A stretch of 64,000 bases of DNA from an uncultured Candidatus Binatia bacterium (GCA_965214605.1 OZ243961.1:1103008-1167007), one strand, 5' to 3'. Counted from the stretch's first letter, positions 27,163 to 37,572 are shown. Notes: generated by a model not told the origin, from the letters alone. A program made the numbers and translations.

Positions 27163-28770
27163 TCAGCCGTCTTCGAGGTCGGCCACAATCTCGGTCAGCC
27201 AGCGCGGATCAAGTTCGGGAACAGAGGCCACGAGCCGCTCGGTATAAGCGTGCTGGGGACGGGTCAGTACCTCGCGGACTGGACCGCGCTCTACAATACG
27301 GCCTTGGTGCAGGACGAGCACCTCGTCGGCCAGAGATTTTACCACGCTTACATCGTGGCTGATGAATAGATAGGCCAGGCCAAGCGCTTTTTGTAACCCC
27401 TGGAGGAGCCGCACAATCCCCTCGGCAACAACAGGATCAAGCGCCGAGGTTACCTCATCACACACGACGACATCGGGTCGGGCCGCCAGGGCACGGGCGA
27501 TGCACAAGCGCTGCTTTTGGCCGCCCGAGAGTTCGGTGGTCCGGCGCCCGGCAAAAGCGGCGGGCAGCTCAATCATGTCTAGCAGTTCGGCAACCCGCTT
27601 TTGCCGGACCCGACCTCTTAGTCCAAAATAGAATTCCACCGGCCGGCCAAGGACGCGGGCGATCGTGTGGCGGGGATTCAGTGCCACATCGGGCATTTGG
27701 GAGATCAGCTGCACCCGGCGCAGGGTGTCACGGCTGCGTTGGGTGTAGGACGTAGGGAGCGGCTGGCCGTCAAAGATCACAAGCCCTGACTGAGTTGGCA
27801 GCAGGCCGCTCACTACCCGGGCCAGCGTACTCTTGCCGCTGCCGGACTCCCCGACCATAGCGACGGTCTTTCCACGTTGGAGACAAAAACTGAGGTTGTC
27901 AAGAACAGGGGTTCCGGGGCGATAGCTCGCCCGCAAGTTCTGGCACTCAAGCACGACCGAGCTTGGGCGTCGAGACTGGCTGACCGTCCGTCGACGCCAG
28001 GTGGCAAGCAAGCGACGAGTATAAGCGCGTTGCGCTCGGTTAAGAATATCTGGAGTGGACCCTTCTTCAACAACACGGCCGTGACGTAACACGGCGATCC
28101 GGTCTGCCAGCTGGGCGACTAGCGCCAGATCGTGACTAATGTACAGCGCGGCGGCACTGCGAGACCTGATGATCTTCTTGATCGTCACCAGGACCGCGAT
28201 TTGAGTCGTCGCATCCAGGGCCGCAGTCGGCTCATCAAAAATGATGAGCTCAGGGCGGCCCGCCATAGCCATCGCTAGCATGGCACGTTGGAGCTGGCCA
28301 CCAGACACTTGATGCGGATAGCGCGTGCCGATTGTCGGTGGCAGGGCCAGCTGGGCGTACAGCCGGGTGACGCATTTGCGTGCCTCACGGGGGGAGAACA
28401 GACCGTGTTCGAGGGACGGCTCAATACACTGGGTCAGCAAGCGATGGGCGGGATTAAAAGACGCCGCCGCGCTTTGTGCAACATAGGCAATCCGGCTCCC
28501 ACGGAGCTCGCGCAACTCAGCCTCGACCAGCGTATGGAGATCTCGTCCATCAAAGACGATGGAGCCCCCTGCAATACGGCAGCCGGTGCGACTATAATAC
28601 ATAGCGGCCAGACCAAGTGTCGACTTGCCAGCTCCAGACTCTCCGATGATACCGAGCACTTCTCCACGATCAATGTGCAGATCAATCCCGTGTAGGATGG
28701 TCTGTCGTTGGCTGGCAACCCCTTCGACCTGTAAGTTGCGGATAGTGAGGAGGCGTTCCGACATCGTCAT
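27163..28770 (-). CDS. ABC transporter ATP-binding protein with duplicated ATPase domains (peptide/nickel Dpp/Opp type)
   Basis: Two Walker A sites (GESGAGKS, GESGSGKS), two LSGGQ signatures and two Walker B/D-loops in 535 aa. Confidence 0.9.
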   Translation of the reverse strand: MTMSERLLTIRNLQVEGVASQRQTILHGIDLHIDRGEVLGIIGESGAGKSTLGLAAMYYSRTGCRIAGGSIVFDGRDLHTLVEAELRELRGSRIAYVAQSAAASFNPAHRLLTQCIEPSLEHGLFSPREARKCVTRLYAQLALPPTIGTRYPHQVSGGQLQRAMLAMAMAGRPELIIFDEPTAALDATTQIAVLVTIKKIIRSRSAAALYISHDLALVAQLADRIAVLRHGRVVEEGSTPDILNRAQRAYTRRLLATWRRRTVSQSRRPSSVVLECQNLRASYRPGTPVLDNLSFCLQRGKTVAMVGESGSGKSTLARVVSGLLPTQSGLVIFDGQPLPTSYTQRSRDTLRRVQLISQMPDVALNPRHTIARVLGRPVEFYFGLRGRVRQKRVAELLDMIELPAAFAGRRTTELSGGQKQRLCIARALAARPDVVVCDEVTSALDPVVAEGIVRLLQGLQKALGLAYLFISHDVSVVKSLADEVLVLHQGRIVERGPVREVLTRPQHAYTERLVASVPELDPRWLTEIVADLEDG

Positions 28771-28970
28771 TGAGTATCACACTGAAAATTTTGATTGATC
28801 AACACCTACCCACAGCATTGTCACCGGTTCATCCTCGTTTGAGCTCGCAGCCGGGATATCTGAAACTGCTGACCTCCGGAAAATAGACCTATTAGCTGTT
28901 TCCAATTGCCCAGACCGGGATCGTTCGGTCAGCTGCGCAAGCGATTTGAGCTGAACGACCAGTTCGAGGA

Positions 28971-29567
28971 GTGACTGGTGTGGAGCCATCCCCCGAGGTG
29001 TTTCGTCTGACCAGCAGTAAATGCAAGGCCAAATACCTCCGGAAACTCAGCACAGAGCATCTGTCCTGCGAGGTGCTAAAGCTGACAGACATTCGCAATC
29101 CAGATAAAAGTCGAAGATCGCTCAAGCTCCTCCAGATAGAAAACCCAGGCTTGCTCAATGAATTGGCCAGCTCGCTTGAGATGAGCAAGGAGATCGTCAC
29201 ACAAGATCTTGATCTCTTGGAAAAAAGCGGCGAACGCCTCAAGCCCCATGCGTTCGTATTTTTGGCAAACGTATACCGCAAAGCTGATAGCGACGCCGGT
29301 GAGGAGTCACAGGTCAGCTTGTCTGGTTTTGCGCTCAAATTCGCCTGTAAGCAGGTCCGCAAACCTGATACTTTTTCGGAGTACCAAGGCGCGATGTGGG
29401 AAGCTATGAACAGAGAAAATTGGCTTTCTTTCACCCTCGGCGTACAGAAGGCGACCCCTACACCTGGGAAAAGAGGCTCCACACAGGCGTGCAATAGGCG
29501 GCCCGCCTCTCTCAGTTATGAGTCGAACCGCCCGTTGAGGGCGATAACCAGTCAACAACCAGATTGA
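28971..29567 (+). CDS. hypothetical protein, possibly wHTH-like, in a low-GC wedge antisense to the ABC operon
   Basis: 198-codon ORF with balanced composition. The segment SLKLLQIENPGLLNELASSLEMSKEIVTQDLDLLEKSG looks helix-turn-helix-like. The start codon is uncertain and the 3' end overlaps the permease stop. The antisense 200-aa ORF is Ser/Arg/Leu-rich and less protein-like. Confidence 0.3.
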   Translation: MTGVEPSPEVFRLTSSKCKAKYLRKLSTEHLSCEVLKLTDIRNPDKSRRSLKLLQIENPGLLNELASSLEMSKEIVTQDLDLLEKSGERLKPHAFVFLANVYRKADSDAGEESQVSLSGFALKFACKQVRKPDTFSEYQGAMWEAMNRENWLSFTLGVQKATPTPGKRGSTQACNRRPASLSYESNRPLRAITSQQPD

Positions 29568-30339
29568 CGCCGACCGTGAGTAGCGCAATCGCGGCGGCCG
29601 GAAAAAACGGGGCCGCTAGTCCAAACGGAATCGCCCCCGCGTTTTCGCGGACCATAGTGCCCCAATCGGCCGTCGGTGGCTGAATGCCTAGGCCAAGAAA
29701 ACTGAGCGAACTGATAAACAGGAATACAAAGCAAAAGCGCAGACCAAATTCTGCCAGTAGCGGTCCAAACGTATTGGGCAACATCTCGTAGCGGACGATC
29801 CACCACCATCCCTCACCCCGCAACCTGGCCAACTCGACAAACTCCATCACCGCCACGTCCAGGGCCAGGGCTCGCGATAACCGGAAGACACGGGTAGCGC
29901 TCACCAGGACGCTCACCAGGACGACGGTCGCCGTCGAAGGGTTCAAAATCGACAGCAGCACCAAGGCGAGAATGAAGCTGGGAATAGCCATCAATACCTC
30001 AACCACCCAGCTGAACAACGTATCGAGCCAGCCGCCAATAAGGGCGGCCGAGGAGCCGGCGACAACGCCGAGGACGAACGCCAACAGAGTCGTGAGCAGG
30101 GCTACTGAAACAGTATTGCGAGCGCCGTACAATAAACGCGACAACAGGTCTCTGCCAAGCTGATCCGTTCCAAACAACGCCGAGCGGCTTGACGCCTCCC
30201 ACACATCACCGATGACCTCGGTTTCGCCATACGGAGCCAGCACCGGGGCCAGCACCGCCGTCCCGAGGTAGACGACAATCAAGCTCAAGCCAAGTCTAGC
30301 GCTCAGCGGCACGGCTACGAGACTACGCAAAACAGACAT
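29512..30339 (-). CDS. ABC transporter permease (DppC/OppC type)
   Basis: Six TM spans and an EAA-like loop (VELARLRGEG). Confidence 0.9.
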   Translation of the reverse strand: MSVLRSLVAVPLSARLGLSLIVVYLGTAVLAPVLAPYGETEVIGDVWEASSRSALFGTDQLGRDLLSRLLYGARNTVSVALLTTLLAFVLGVVAGSSAALIGGWLDTLFSWVVEVLMAIPSFILALVLLSILNPSTATVVLVSVLVSATRVFRLSRALALDVAVMEFVELARLRGEGWWWIVRYEMLPNTFGPLLAEFGLRFCFVFLFISSLSFLGLGIQPPTADWGTMVRENAGAIPFGLAAPFFPAAAIALLTVGVNLVVDWLSPSTGGSTHN

Positions 30340-30341
30340 GG

Positions 30342-31295
30342 CTAGCTGCTCTGACGCAGCCGAGGATTACTCAGCATGACCAACACATCGGCTGTGAGGT
30401 TAAGCACCACGTACACCGAGGCAAAAATTAGGCCGCACGCCCGCACCACCGGTAGGTCACGTTTGGACACCGCGTCGACCAACAGCTGACCGAGTCCGGG
30501 ATAAACGAACACCACCTCGACCACCACCACCCCGACGATCAAGAAGGCCAGGTTTAGGACAATGACGTTCATAATCGGCGACACCGCGTTGGGCAGGGCG
30601 TGGTAGACAATAATCCGGCTCGGAGACAGCCCTTTGAGCTGAGCCATTTCAATATACGAACTCCGCAGCAAGTTCAGAATCGCCGCTCGGGTCAGCCGTA
30701 CCATATGGGCGCTGACGACCAGGCTGAGGGTCAGGACCGGTAGACTGAGGGCGTACAGTTTGTCGGCCAGCGACATACCGGGAGAGATAATCGACACCGC
30801 CGGAAAGACGTGCAGCTGGACCGCAAAGACGGCCGTGACAAGATAGGCGATAAAAAAATCCGGCAGCGAAATCGTGCCCAGGCTAATAATCGACAGGACT
30901 TTATCAATCCACCTCTCGCGGTACACCGCGGCCACAACGCCCAGGCTCAGGGCCAACGGAACCGCAATCAACGCGGTCACCGCCGCCAGCAACAGGGTGT
31001 TGGCCAAACGCCCACCAATCAGTTCGGTCACCGCTCGCTGATTAGCCAGCGAGGTGCCGAGGTCGCCACGGACAAGAGCTGTCAGCCAGTCGAGGTAGCG
31101 GACATGCGGCGGTTGGTCTACACCTAGCTGGCGACGCAGGGCGGCGACCGTGTCGGGCGTTGCCGACTGGCCCAGCACCGCTTCGGCTACATCACCCGGC
31201 AGGACCTCCAGCCCAAGCGATAGGATAAGCGAGATGACAAACAGGGTCAGCAGGCCAAGGGCCAGCCGTTGGGCGATCAAGGCCCGCAGATTCAT
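30342..31295 (-). CDS. ABC transporter permease (DppB/OppB type)
   Basis: MNLRALIAQRL start at 31295 overlaps the SBP stop as ATGA. YIEMAQLKGLS is the EAA loop. Confidence 0.9.
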   Translation of the reverse strand: MNLRALIAQRLALGLLTLFVISLILSLGLEVLPGDVAEAVLGQSATPDTVAALRRQLGVDQPPHVRYLDWLTALVRGDLGTSLANQRAVTELIGGRLANTLLLAAVTALIAVPLALSLGVVAAVYRERWIDKVLSIISLGTISLPDFFIAYLVTAVFAVQLHVFPAVSIISPGMSLADKLYALSLPVLTLSLVVSAHMVRLTRAAILNLLRSSYIEMAQLKGLSPSRIIVYHALPNAVSPIMNVIVLNLAFLIVGVVVVEVVFVYPGLGQLLVDAVSKRDLPVVRACGLIFASVYVVLNLTADVLVMLSNPRLRQSS

Positions 31296-32878
31296 GGCCC
31301 GCCGTTCTCCCGTGCCCACCACCAGCGCTCGGCACACTTGCCGCCGTCAAGCTCCCGATGGCTGGCTAACTGTCCGAAGCGCAGCCGCCGGTCGACGGCA
31401 CACACATCGGCGGCAAACAGCGGAATAATAGCCCCACCCTCATCCCGCACAATAGCCTGCATCTCGGCGTACTGCTCAGCGCGTTTTCGCTCGTCCAATT
31501 CCGCCTGGGCGGATCTCAGCAGCCGATTAAACCGTGGATGGCTAAAATGTGTGTCGTTCCAGGCCGCACCTTGGGCATAAGCGGTTGCAAACATCAGACC
31601 TACGGTCGGCTGGCCGTTCCATGAACACACGCAAAAGGGCTTTTTGAGCCACACGTTTTTCCAATATCCATCGGCCGGCTCGCGGACGATCTCGATAGGA
31701 ATACCCGCCTTTGCGGCGTGTTCCTGATACAGCACAGCTGTATCGACCGCGCCGGGAAAAGCGGCCTCCGAGGTGCTCAGCCGCAGAGCTGAAGAGCCCA
31801 GCCCGGCGCGCCGCATATGAAACCGGGCGCGGTCCGGATCGTAGCGCCGCTGTGCCAGGTGGGCGGCAAAATAGCGCTGCCCGTTCCTGATCGGATGATC
31901 ATTACCAAGGCTGCCATAGCCGCGCAAAATGGTGCGTAACAGGGCCTCTCGATCTATGGCATATTTGAGCGCCAGGCGCGCATCGACATTATCAAACGGC
32001 GCGACATCGGTATGCATGGCCAGAGAGTAGTGTTTCGTCCCACGGGTTTGCAGCACCTGAATGCCGGGCAGGCGTTTCAAGAGATGCAGGGTTTTCAGCT
32101 CGCAGCGGTTGATGACGTTAACCTGACCGGTTTGCAGGGCGGCGGTTCGAGCGTTCACATCGGAAATGGCCAGCATTTCTATTGTCTCAAAGTGAGCACG
32201 GCCGGTCTTCCAGTAGTTGGAATTCCGCCGGGTCAGCGAGCGGACGCCGGGCTCAAACTGAACCAATTGATAGCCACCGGTCCCCAGGCCGGTCGTGACA
32301 TCGCTGCGGTGAGGCTGAATCGTCAGGTGCACGTCGGCCAGCACAAACGGAAAATCGGCCTGACTGTCCTTGAGATCAAAGATCACCCCAGCCTTCCCAT
32401 CCGGACGGATGCGGCGAATGTTGTCCAGCAAACTTTTTACCGGCGAGATCGAACTCTCGCCCCGATGATGGTTGATCGAGGTGACCACATCGACGGCCTC
32501 AAGGGTTTTGCCGTTGTGAAACTCAACACCCCGTCGCAGTCGAAAGTACCATACTCTGGCATCCGAAGAGGCGTCCCAGCTCTCGGCCAACTCGGGTCTG
32601 GGCTCACCCTGTTCGTCTATCTCGACTAGAGTATTACGTAACTGGCCAAAAGACAGCAGGGTCATAAAGGCGTCTGATATACGGGCCGGGTCGAGCGAGT
32701 CGCTAGTGAAGCCACCCGAAATCCCCATCCGTAATTGACCGCCTTTCTGCGGAGTGATGGCACGCGCCTGAGCCAACAGTTCGGGGGCGGCCGAGGCCAG
32801 CCCTAGGGCCGCGACCGAGGCTAAGAACTGCCGACGGGACAGCGGGCTTGGAGCGGACGTGGCGGTCGACATAGGCAT
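31292..32878 (-). CDS. ABC transporter substrate-binding protein, family 5 (peptide/nickel), with Tat-type signal
   Basis: The N-terminus has SRRQFLASVAALGLA (twin-arginine motif). 528 aa with family-5 SBP architecture. Confidence 0.9.
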   Translation of the reverse strand: MPMSTATSAPSPLSRRQFLASVAALGLASAAPELLAQARAITPQKGGQLRMGISGGFTSDSLDPARISDAFMTLLSFGQLRNTLVEIDEQGEPRPELAESWDASSDARVWYFRLRRGVEFHNGKTLEAVDVVTSINHHRGESSISPVKSLLDNIRRIRPDGKAGVIFDLKDSQADFPFVLADVHLTIQPHRSDVTTGLGTGGYQLVQFEPGVRSLTRRNSNYWKTGRAHFETIEMLAISDVNARTAALQTGQVNVINRCELKTLHLLKRLPGIQVLQTRGTKHYSLAMHTDVAPFDNVDARLALKYAIDREALLRTILRGYGSLGNDHPIRNGQRYFAAHLAQRRYDPDRARFHMRRAGLGSSALRLSTSEAAFPGAVDTAVLYQEHAAKAGIPIEIVREPADGYWKNVWLKKPFCVCSWNGQPTVGLMFATAYAQGAAWNDTHFSHPRFNRLLRSAQAELDERKRAEQYAEMQAIVRDEGGAIIPLFAADVCAVDRRLRFGQLASHRELDGGKCAERWWWARENGGP

Positions 32879-33018
32879 AGCTTGGGTGGCGGACGGGCCT
32901 CAGTCTGAGGCGTCTTTTGTCAGGGGCGTCACCGGGCTATGATAGTCAAAACTCGACAAGGGATATAGGGCCTCGGGCGTGAGGCCAAGAACTCTACCAA
33001 GAGGCGTTTAGGTCATCC

Positions 33019-33966
33019 GTGCCTTCCCCTCCAGATTCACCGCTGACGCCCTTTTTAGCTCGCAATGGCGTCTTGATTGTCGACGGGGGGCTGGCAACCG
33101 AACTCGAAGCGCTCGGCTATCAGCTTCCCGATGGACTGTGGTCAGCCCGCCTGTTAGACACAGCGCCTCAGGCTATTCAACAAGTCCATGCCGACTATCT
33201 GGCGGCCGGCGCCGATTGCATAATCACCGCCAGCTATCAGGCCAGCCTGCCCGGCTTTGTAGACCACGGCTACAGCCAAAGCCGAGCCGTTGAGCTGCTT
33301 CGCACTTCGGTCGAGCTAGCCCTGAACGCGCGCGAGTCGTTTTGGTCCAAGGCCGGCAATCGGCCCAGCCGTCTGCGGCCGCTAGTTGCGGCCAGTATAG
33401 GTCCCTACGGCGCCTATCGTGCCGACGGTTCTGAGTACACTGGCCAGTACGGCCTGAGCGAGGACGAGTTGGTCACTTTTCATCGGCAGCGCTGGCAGCT
33501 CTTCGTCGCCAGCCAGGCCGATCTGCTGGCCTGCGAAACGATTCCCTGCGCGCTGGAGGCTCGGGCCTTGGCCCACCTGCTGAACGAAACGCCGGACAGC
33601 CGGGCCTGGGTCAGCTTCAGCTGTCGGGACGGACAGCACATCAGCGACGGCACGCCGCTGGCAGAAGCCCTGGCCCCGTTTGTTGACCTCCCTCAGGTGG
33701 TCGCGCTGGGCACTAACTGTACGGCCCTCCGCTATGTTTTGCCCCTGCTTGAGACGCTTCACAGCGTCACTGCCAAGCCGCTTATCGTCTACCCCAATTG
33801 TGCTCAGGGCTATGACAGACAGACACGGCGGTGGGGGGCGTCCCTCCTGGCCTGCGACTTTGCGGCCGCTGCTCAGACCTGGCAGCAAGCCGGAGCGGTG
33901 CTGATCGGCGGCTGTTGTCGGACCACGCCAAGCCATATTGCAGCCCTCCGCGCCCGCTTGGTATAA
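33019..33966 (+). CDS. mmuM: homocysteine S-methyltransferase
   Basis: LIVDGGLATELE, GADCIITASYQ, NC and GGCCRTTP zinc-ligand motifs. Confidence 0.85.
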   Translation: MPSPPDSPLTPFLARNGVLIVDGGLATELEALGYQLPDGLWSARLLDTAPQAIQQVHADYLAAGADCIITASYQASLPGFVDHGYSQSRAVELLRTSVELALNARESFWSKAGNRPSRLRPLVAASIGPYGAYRADGSEYTGQYGLSEDELVTFHRQRWQLFVASQADLLACETIPCALEARALAHLLNETPDSRAWVSFSCRDGQHISDGTPLAEALAPFVDLPQVVALGTNCTALRYVLPLLETLHSVTAKPLIVYPNCAQGYDRQTRRWGASLLACDFAAAAQTWQQAGAVLIGGCCRTTPSHIAALRARLV

Positions 33967-34020
33967 GACCGGACAGCAACCCTATCCGTAGCGTCACGGC
34001 TGGTGTCGAGGGCGAACGGG

Positions 34021-34536
34021 CTAATCAAACTCCAGCAGCGCAAACACGTCATGCGGGGCGAGATGCCGACGGCCATCCAAAGTGGTCAGTTCAATCAGAA
34101 AGGCGACTTCAACCACCTCGCCTCGTAGCTGCTGAATGAGCTGCAGGGCAGCCCGGGCTGTACCACCGGTGGCTAATAGGTCATCAACTAACAAGACTCG
34201 ACTGCCGGGTGCAAACGCATCTTGATGGATTTCTAAACGGTCGGTGCCGTACTCTAGTTCATAGTTGGCCGCGAAAGTTGCCGCCGGCAACTTTTCGGGC
34301 TTGCGCACGATCGCCAGGCCGCAGCCTAAGCTATAGGCAAGCGCTGTGCCGACCAGGAAGCCACGCGCCTCTATTCCCACGATCGTATCAACCCGGTCCC
34401 GATAGCGCTCGGTTAGGCGGTCAATGCACACGCGCCAGGCCGGACCGTTGGCCAGCAGGGGGGTGATGTCACGGAACATAATACCCGGTTTGGGAAAATC
34501 TGGGATGCTTCGGATGTAGGCTTTGAGGTCAAGCAT
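34021..34536 (-). CDS. apt: adenine phosphoribosyltransferase
   Basis: IPDFPKPGIMFRDITPLL and VLLVDDLLATGGTA PRPP-binding motifs. 171 aa. Confidence 0.95.
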   Translation of the reverse strand: MLDLKAYIRSIPDFPKPGIMFRDITPLLANGPAWRVCIDRLTERYRDRVDTIVGIEARGFLVGTALAYSLGCGLAIVRKPEKLPAATFAANYELEYGTDRLEIHQDAFAPGSRVLLVDDLLATGGTARAALQLIQQLRGEVVEVAFLIELTTLDGRRHLAPHDVFALLEFD

Positions 34537-34552
34537 GACGGTCTCCGACGCG

Positions 34553-35290
34553 TTATTTACTGACTAGCTGACGGTCCGAGGGTAAGAGTTTGAGCGGATT
34601 CTGGGCTTTATTATGACGCCGAATCTCAAAATGCAAATTGGGGCCGGTAGTCCGTCCGGTCTTGCCAACGGCAGCAATCCGCTGGCCCTGTTTGACAGTC
34701 TGGCCCTGTTTGACGTAATGCGCGCTGTTATGGGCATACACCGAGGCATAGCCATTACCGTGCCGAACAATAATAACCTTCCCATAGCCTCGCAACACCC
34801 CGCTGTAGATGACTTCACCTGGAGCGACAGCCACGACCGGGGTGCCGGCCGGAGCGGCAATATCAATCCCATCGTGAAAACTGTTATTGCGCGGCCCATA
34901 TTTCGAGGTTACGGTACCAGTAGCCGGCCAGATAAAACGACCCCGAGCTGGACGATCCAACTCATGTTTCTGCTCCTTAACAGCCGTCCGCCTAGCCGCG
35001 ATACGTTGGCGCGTCGGCCCAGCCCGGGGCTGGGCGGTCTTCAATGAGTCGGTCCCGCCGTGCGGAATACGCAAGCGCTGGCCAACCTGGATTTTATCTG
35101 GATCAACAAGATTGTTCAGCTGGGAAATCTCTCGGAAAGGGATGCCGTAGCGCACCCCGATAGCAGACAGGGTGTCGCCCGGTCGTACAGTATGAACCAG
35201 CTGTCTTGCCCCCCGTGAACACCCCGACATGCCCACGCACCAGAGCAGGATGAGCCCCAAGCCAAGGTATATCCGCCTCCGCACCGCCAC
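34553..35290 (-). CDS. LysM domain-containing M23 family metallopeptidase
   Basis: LysM (HTVRPGDTLSAIGVRYG...VGQRLRIP), then HDGIDIAAPAGTPV and TGPNLHFEIR M23 motifs. Confidence 0.9.
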   Translation of the reverse strand: MAVRRRIYLGLGLILLWCVGMSGCSRGARQLVHTVRPGDTLSAIGVRYGIPFREISQLNNLVDPDKIQVGQRLRIPHGGTDSLKTAQPRAGPTRQRIAARRTAVKEQKHELDRPARGRFIWPATGTVTSKYGPRNNSFHDGIDIAAPAGTPVVAVAPGEVIYSGVLRGYGKVIIVRHGNGYASVYAHNSAHYVKQGQTVKQGQRIAAVGKTGRTTGPNLHFEIRRHNKAQNPLKLLPSDRQLVSK

Positions 35291-35299
35291 TCCCTCACA

Positions 35300-35884
35300 C
35301 TACCCATACCACCACCCCAGAACAACAAACCCGAGCAGCAGCAGAATGGTAAAGACTATTGTCAGGATGTTGAAGTATTTGTCAATAAAGGTCTTGATGG
35401 TCGGACCGTAATAATAAATCAGGCCGCTGATGAGCAAAAAGCGGGCCGAACGGCTCAGGATCGAAGCAATCACAAATGTCGCCAGCGAGAGCTGGGTCGC
35501 TCCCGCCGCAATGGTAAAAACCTTATACGGAATAGGCGTAAAGCCAGCAATGGCAACGGCCCAGCCCCCGTACTCCACAAACCGCTGCTGGACCTCGGCA
35601 AACGCGTCCTGAGCGTTGTACAGCTCAATGATTGGCCGTCCGACCCCATCCATCAGCAGCCAGCCTATCAGATAGCCGCCCAGACCACCTGCAACAGATC
35701 CGACCGAACAGATCAGAGCAAACCGAAAAGCCGCCCCCGGTTTGCCCAAGGCCAGGGCCATCAGCAGCACGTCGGGGGGAATAGGAAAAAAGGACGACTC
35801 GACAAAAGCGATCAGCAAAAGGGCTAGACCGCCATAGCGATGGTCAGCCCAGCCGAGGACCCAGTCGTATGCCTGTCGAATCAT
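35300..35884 (-). CDS. YqaA/DedA (VTT domain) family membrane protein
   Basis: LLLIAFVESSFFPIPPDVLL motif with multiple TM spans. Confidence 0.8.
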   Translation of the reverse strand: MIRQAYDWVLGWADHRYGGLALLLIAFVESSFFPIPPDVLLMALALGKPGAAFRFALICSVGSVAGGLGGYLIGWLLMDGVGRPIIELYNAQDAFAEVQQRFVEYGGWAVAIAGFTPIPYKVFTIAAGATQLSLATFVIASILSRSARFLLISGLIYYYGPTIKTFIDKYFNILTIVFTILLLLGFVVLGWWYG

Positions 35885-35908
35885 TGAAAGCGGAAAGAAT
35901 CATTCCGT

Positions 35909-37525
35909 TCAGACCCGCAACGGAGCGGGCGCCTCGACTGACGCGGGTTGACCGGTACGTTTTTTATCTTTGTACAGTTTGTACTCGATGCTATCGACAA
36001 GAGCCTGCCAGCTGGCCTCAATCACATTTGGTGAGACTCCAACCGTCCCCCATTTGCTATGTTCGTCCCCGGATTCAATCAACACCCGCACCGTCGCCCC
36101 GGTTCCGGCATCTTCGCCCAGCACCCGGACTTTATAGTCGAGCAGTTCCACGGTCTCGAGTTGGGGATAGAACTGGGTCAGAGCTTTGCGCAGCGCCCGG
36201 TCGAGGGCGTTGATCGGGCCGTTGCCCTGGGCCGCGGTATGCTCAACTGCTCCGTCTGGGCCTTCGACCATGATGGTCGCCTCAGACAGGGACGGCCCGT
36301 CCTCTTCGTGCTTCTCATCAATCACCCGAAAGCCGATCAAGCGGAAGTGGCGCACCTTGCCGTTAAGAGCTTTTTGCATCAACAGCTCAAACGACGCGTC
36401 GGCTCCCTCATACTGAAAGCCGGCGCTCTCAAGCTGTTTGACCTCGTGCAGAATCGTTTTTACCGCCGGATCGGTATTGTCCACGTCAAGCCCAAACTGC
36501 TTGGCTTTATAGATCACATTGCTACGACCCGACAAGTCAGAGACCAAGACACGTTGGTGGTTGCCGATCAGTTCAGGATCAATATGTTCGTAGGTCTCGC
36601 GATTTTTTTGGACCGCGGCCACGTGCAACCCGCCTTTATGGGCAAACGCGCTGGCACCAACGTAAGCTTGGCGCTTCTGGGGTTCGATATTGGCTAGTTC
36701 GTACACCGTGCGGGAAACCGTCGGCAATGTCTTGAGCTGGGCTGGGCTGACACACTGGTAGCCTAGTTTGAGTTGCAGATTCGGTACGACTGAGCACAGG
36801 TTGGCGTTTCCACATCGCTCGCCAAAACCGTTAATCGTGCCCTGCACCTGGCCGGCTCCGCCCTCCACACCGGCCAGCGAGTTGGCAACGGCCAGCTCAC
36901 AGTCGTTGTGACAGTGAATGCCCAGGCGGCTGCCCAGGCGAGCGGCCGCCTGGGTCAGATCCCGAATCTCGTGCGGCATGCTTCCCCCGCGCGTATCACA
37001 TAAGACCAACACATCGGCCCCGGCCTGGGCGGCCACCTTCAGACATTCTAGAGCGTAGTCGGAGTTGGCCTTGTAGCCGTCAAAAAAGTGCTCGGCATCA
37101 AAAAAGACCTCATCCACGCGGGCCTTCAGATAGGCAATCGAGTCACCGATGATTTCGAGGTTCGCCTGTTTTGAGATCCGCAGATCGTCTCGGACATGCA
37201 AATCCCAGGCCTTACCGACGATGGTGACAACCGGGGTCTCGGCTTGGAGCAACAACCTGATATTCAGGTCATCGCCGGCCGTGATATTGGCACGGCGAGT
37301 GGAACCAAAAGCGGCGATTTTGGCCTGTTTGAGAGAGAGTTTTTTGACCGCGCTGAAAAATTCCTCATCCCTCGGGTTAGAGCCCGGCCAACCGCCCTCA
37401 ATGTAGCTCGTGCCAAAATTGTCCAATTGCTGGACAATCAACAGCTTATCTTCCAGGGTAAAAGCCACGTCTTCGGACTGACAGCCGTCACGCAGGGTGG
37501 TATCGTACAAGACTATGCGTTGCAT
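35909..37525 (-). CDS. cimA: (R)-citramalate synthase (LeuA/CimA family)
   Basis: IVLYDTTLRDGCQSE...YIEGGWPGSNPRDEEFF is the CimA-type N-terminus. The C-terminal LeuA-dimer regulatory domain is present. 538 aa. Confidence 0.8.
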   Translation of the reverse strand: MQRIVLYDTTLRDGCQSEDVAFTLEDKLLIVQQLDNFGTSYIEGGWPGSNPRDEEFFSAVKKLSLKQAKIAAFGSTRRANITAGDDLNIRLLLQAETPVVTIVGKAWDLHVRDDLRISKQANLEIIGDSIAYLKARVDEVFFDAEHFFDGYKANSDYALECLKVAAQAGADVLVLCDTRGGSMPHEIRDLTQAAARLGSRLGIHCHNDCELAVANSLAGVEGGAGQVQGTINGFGERCGNANLCSVVPNLQLKLGYQCVSPAQLKTLPTVSRTVYELANIEPQKRQAYVGASAFAHKGGLHVAAVQKNRETYEHIDPELIGNHQRVLVSDLSGRSNVIYKAKQFGLDVDNTDPAVKTILHEVKQLESAGFQYEGADASFELLMQKALNGKVRHFRLIGFRVIDEKHEEDGPSLSEATIMVEGPDGAVEHTAAQGNGPINALDRALRKALTQFYPQLETVELLDYKVRVLGEDAGTGATVRVLIESGDEHSKWGTVGVSPNVIEASWQALVDSIEYKLYKDKKRTGQPASVEAPAPLRV

Positions 37526-37572
37526 GGTGGACCTCTGAGAAATAGGATCTCCGTATCGGGACGGGGGCGCTG

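Noticed and set aside
32879-33018. Possible SAM/methionine riboswitch upstream of homocysteine S-methyltransferase
   Set aside because: I could not find the conserved SAM-I/II core motifs or a convincing multi-stem fold. Only a short GGCCTC/GAGGCC hairpin is present.
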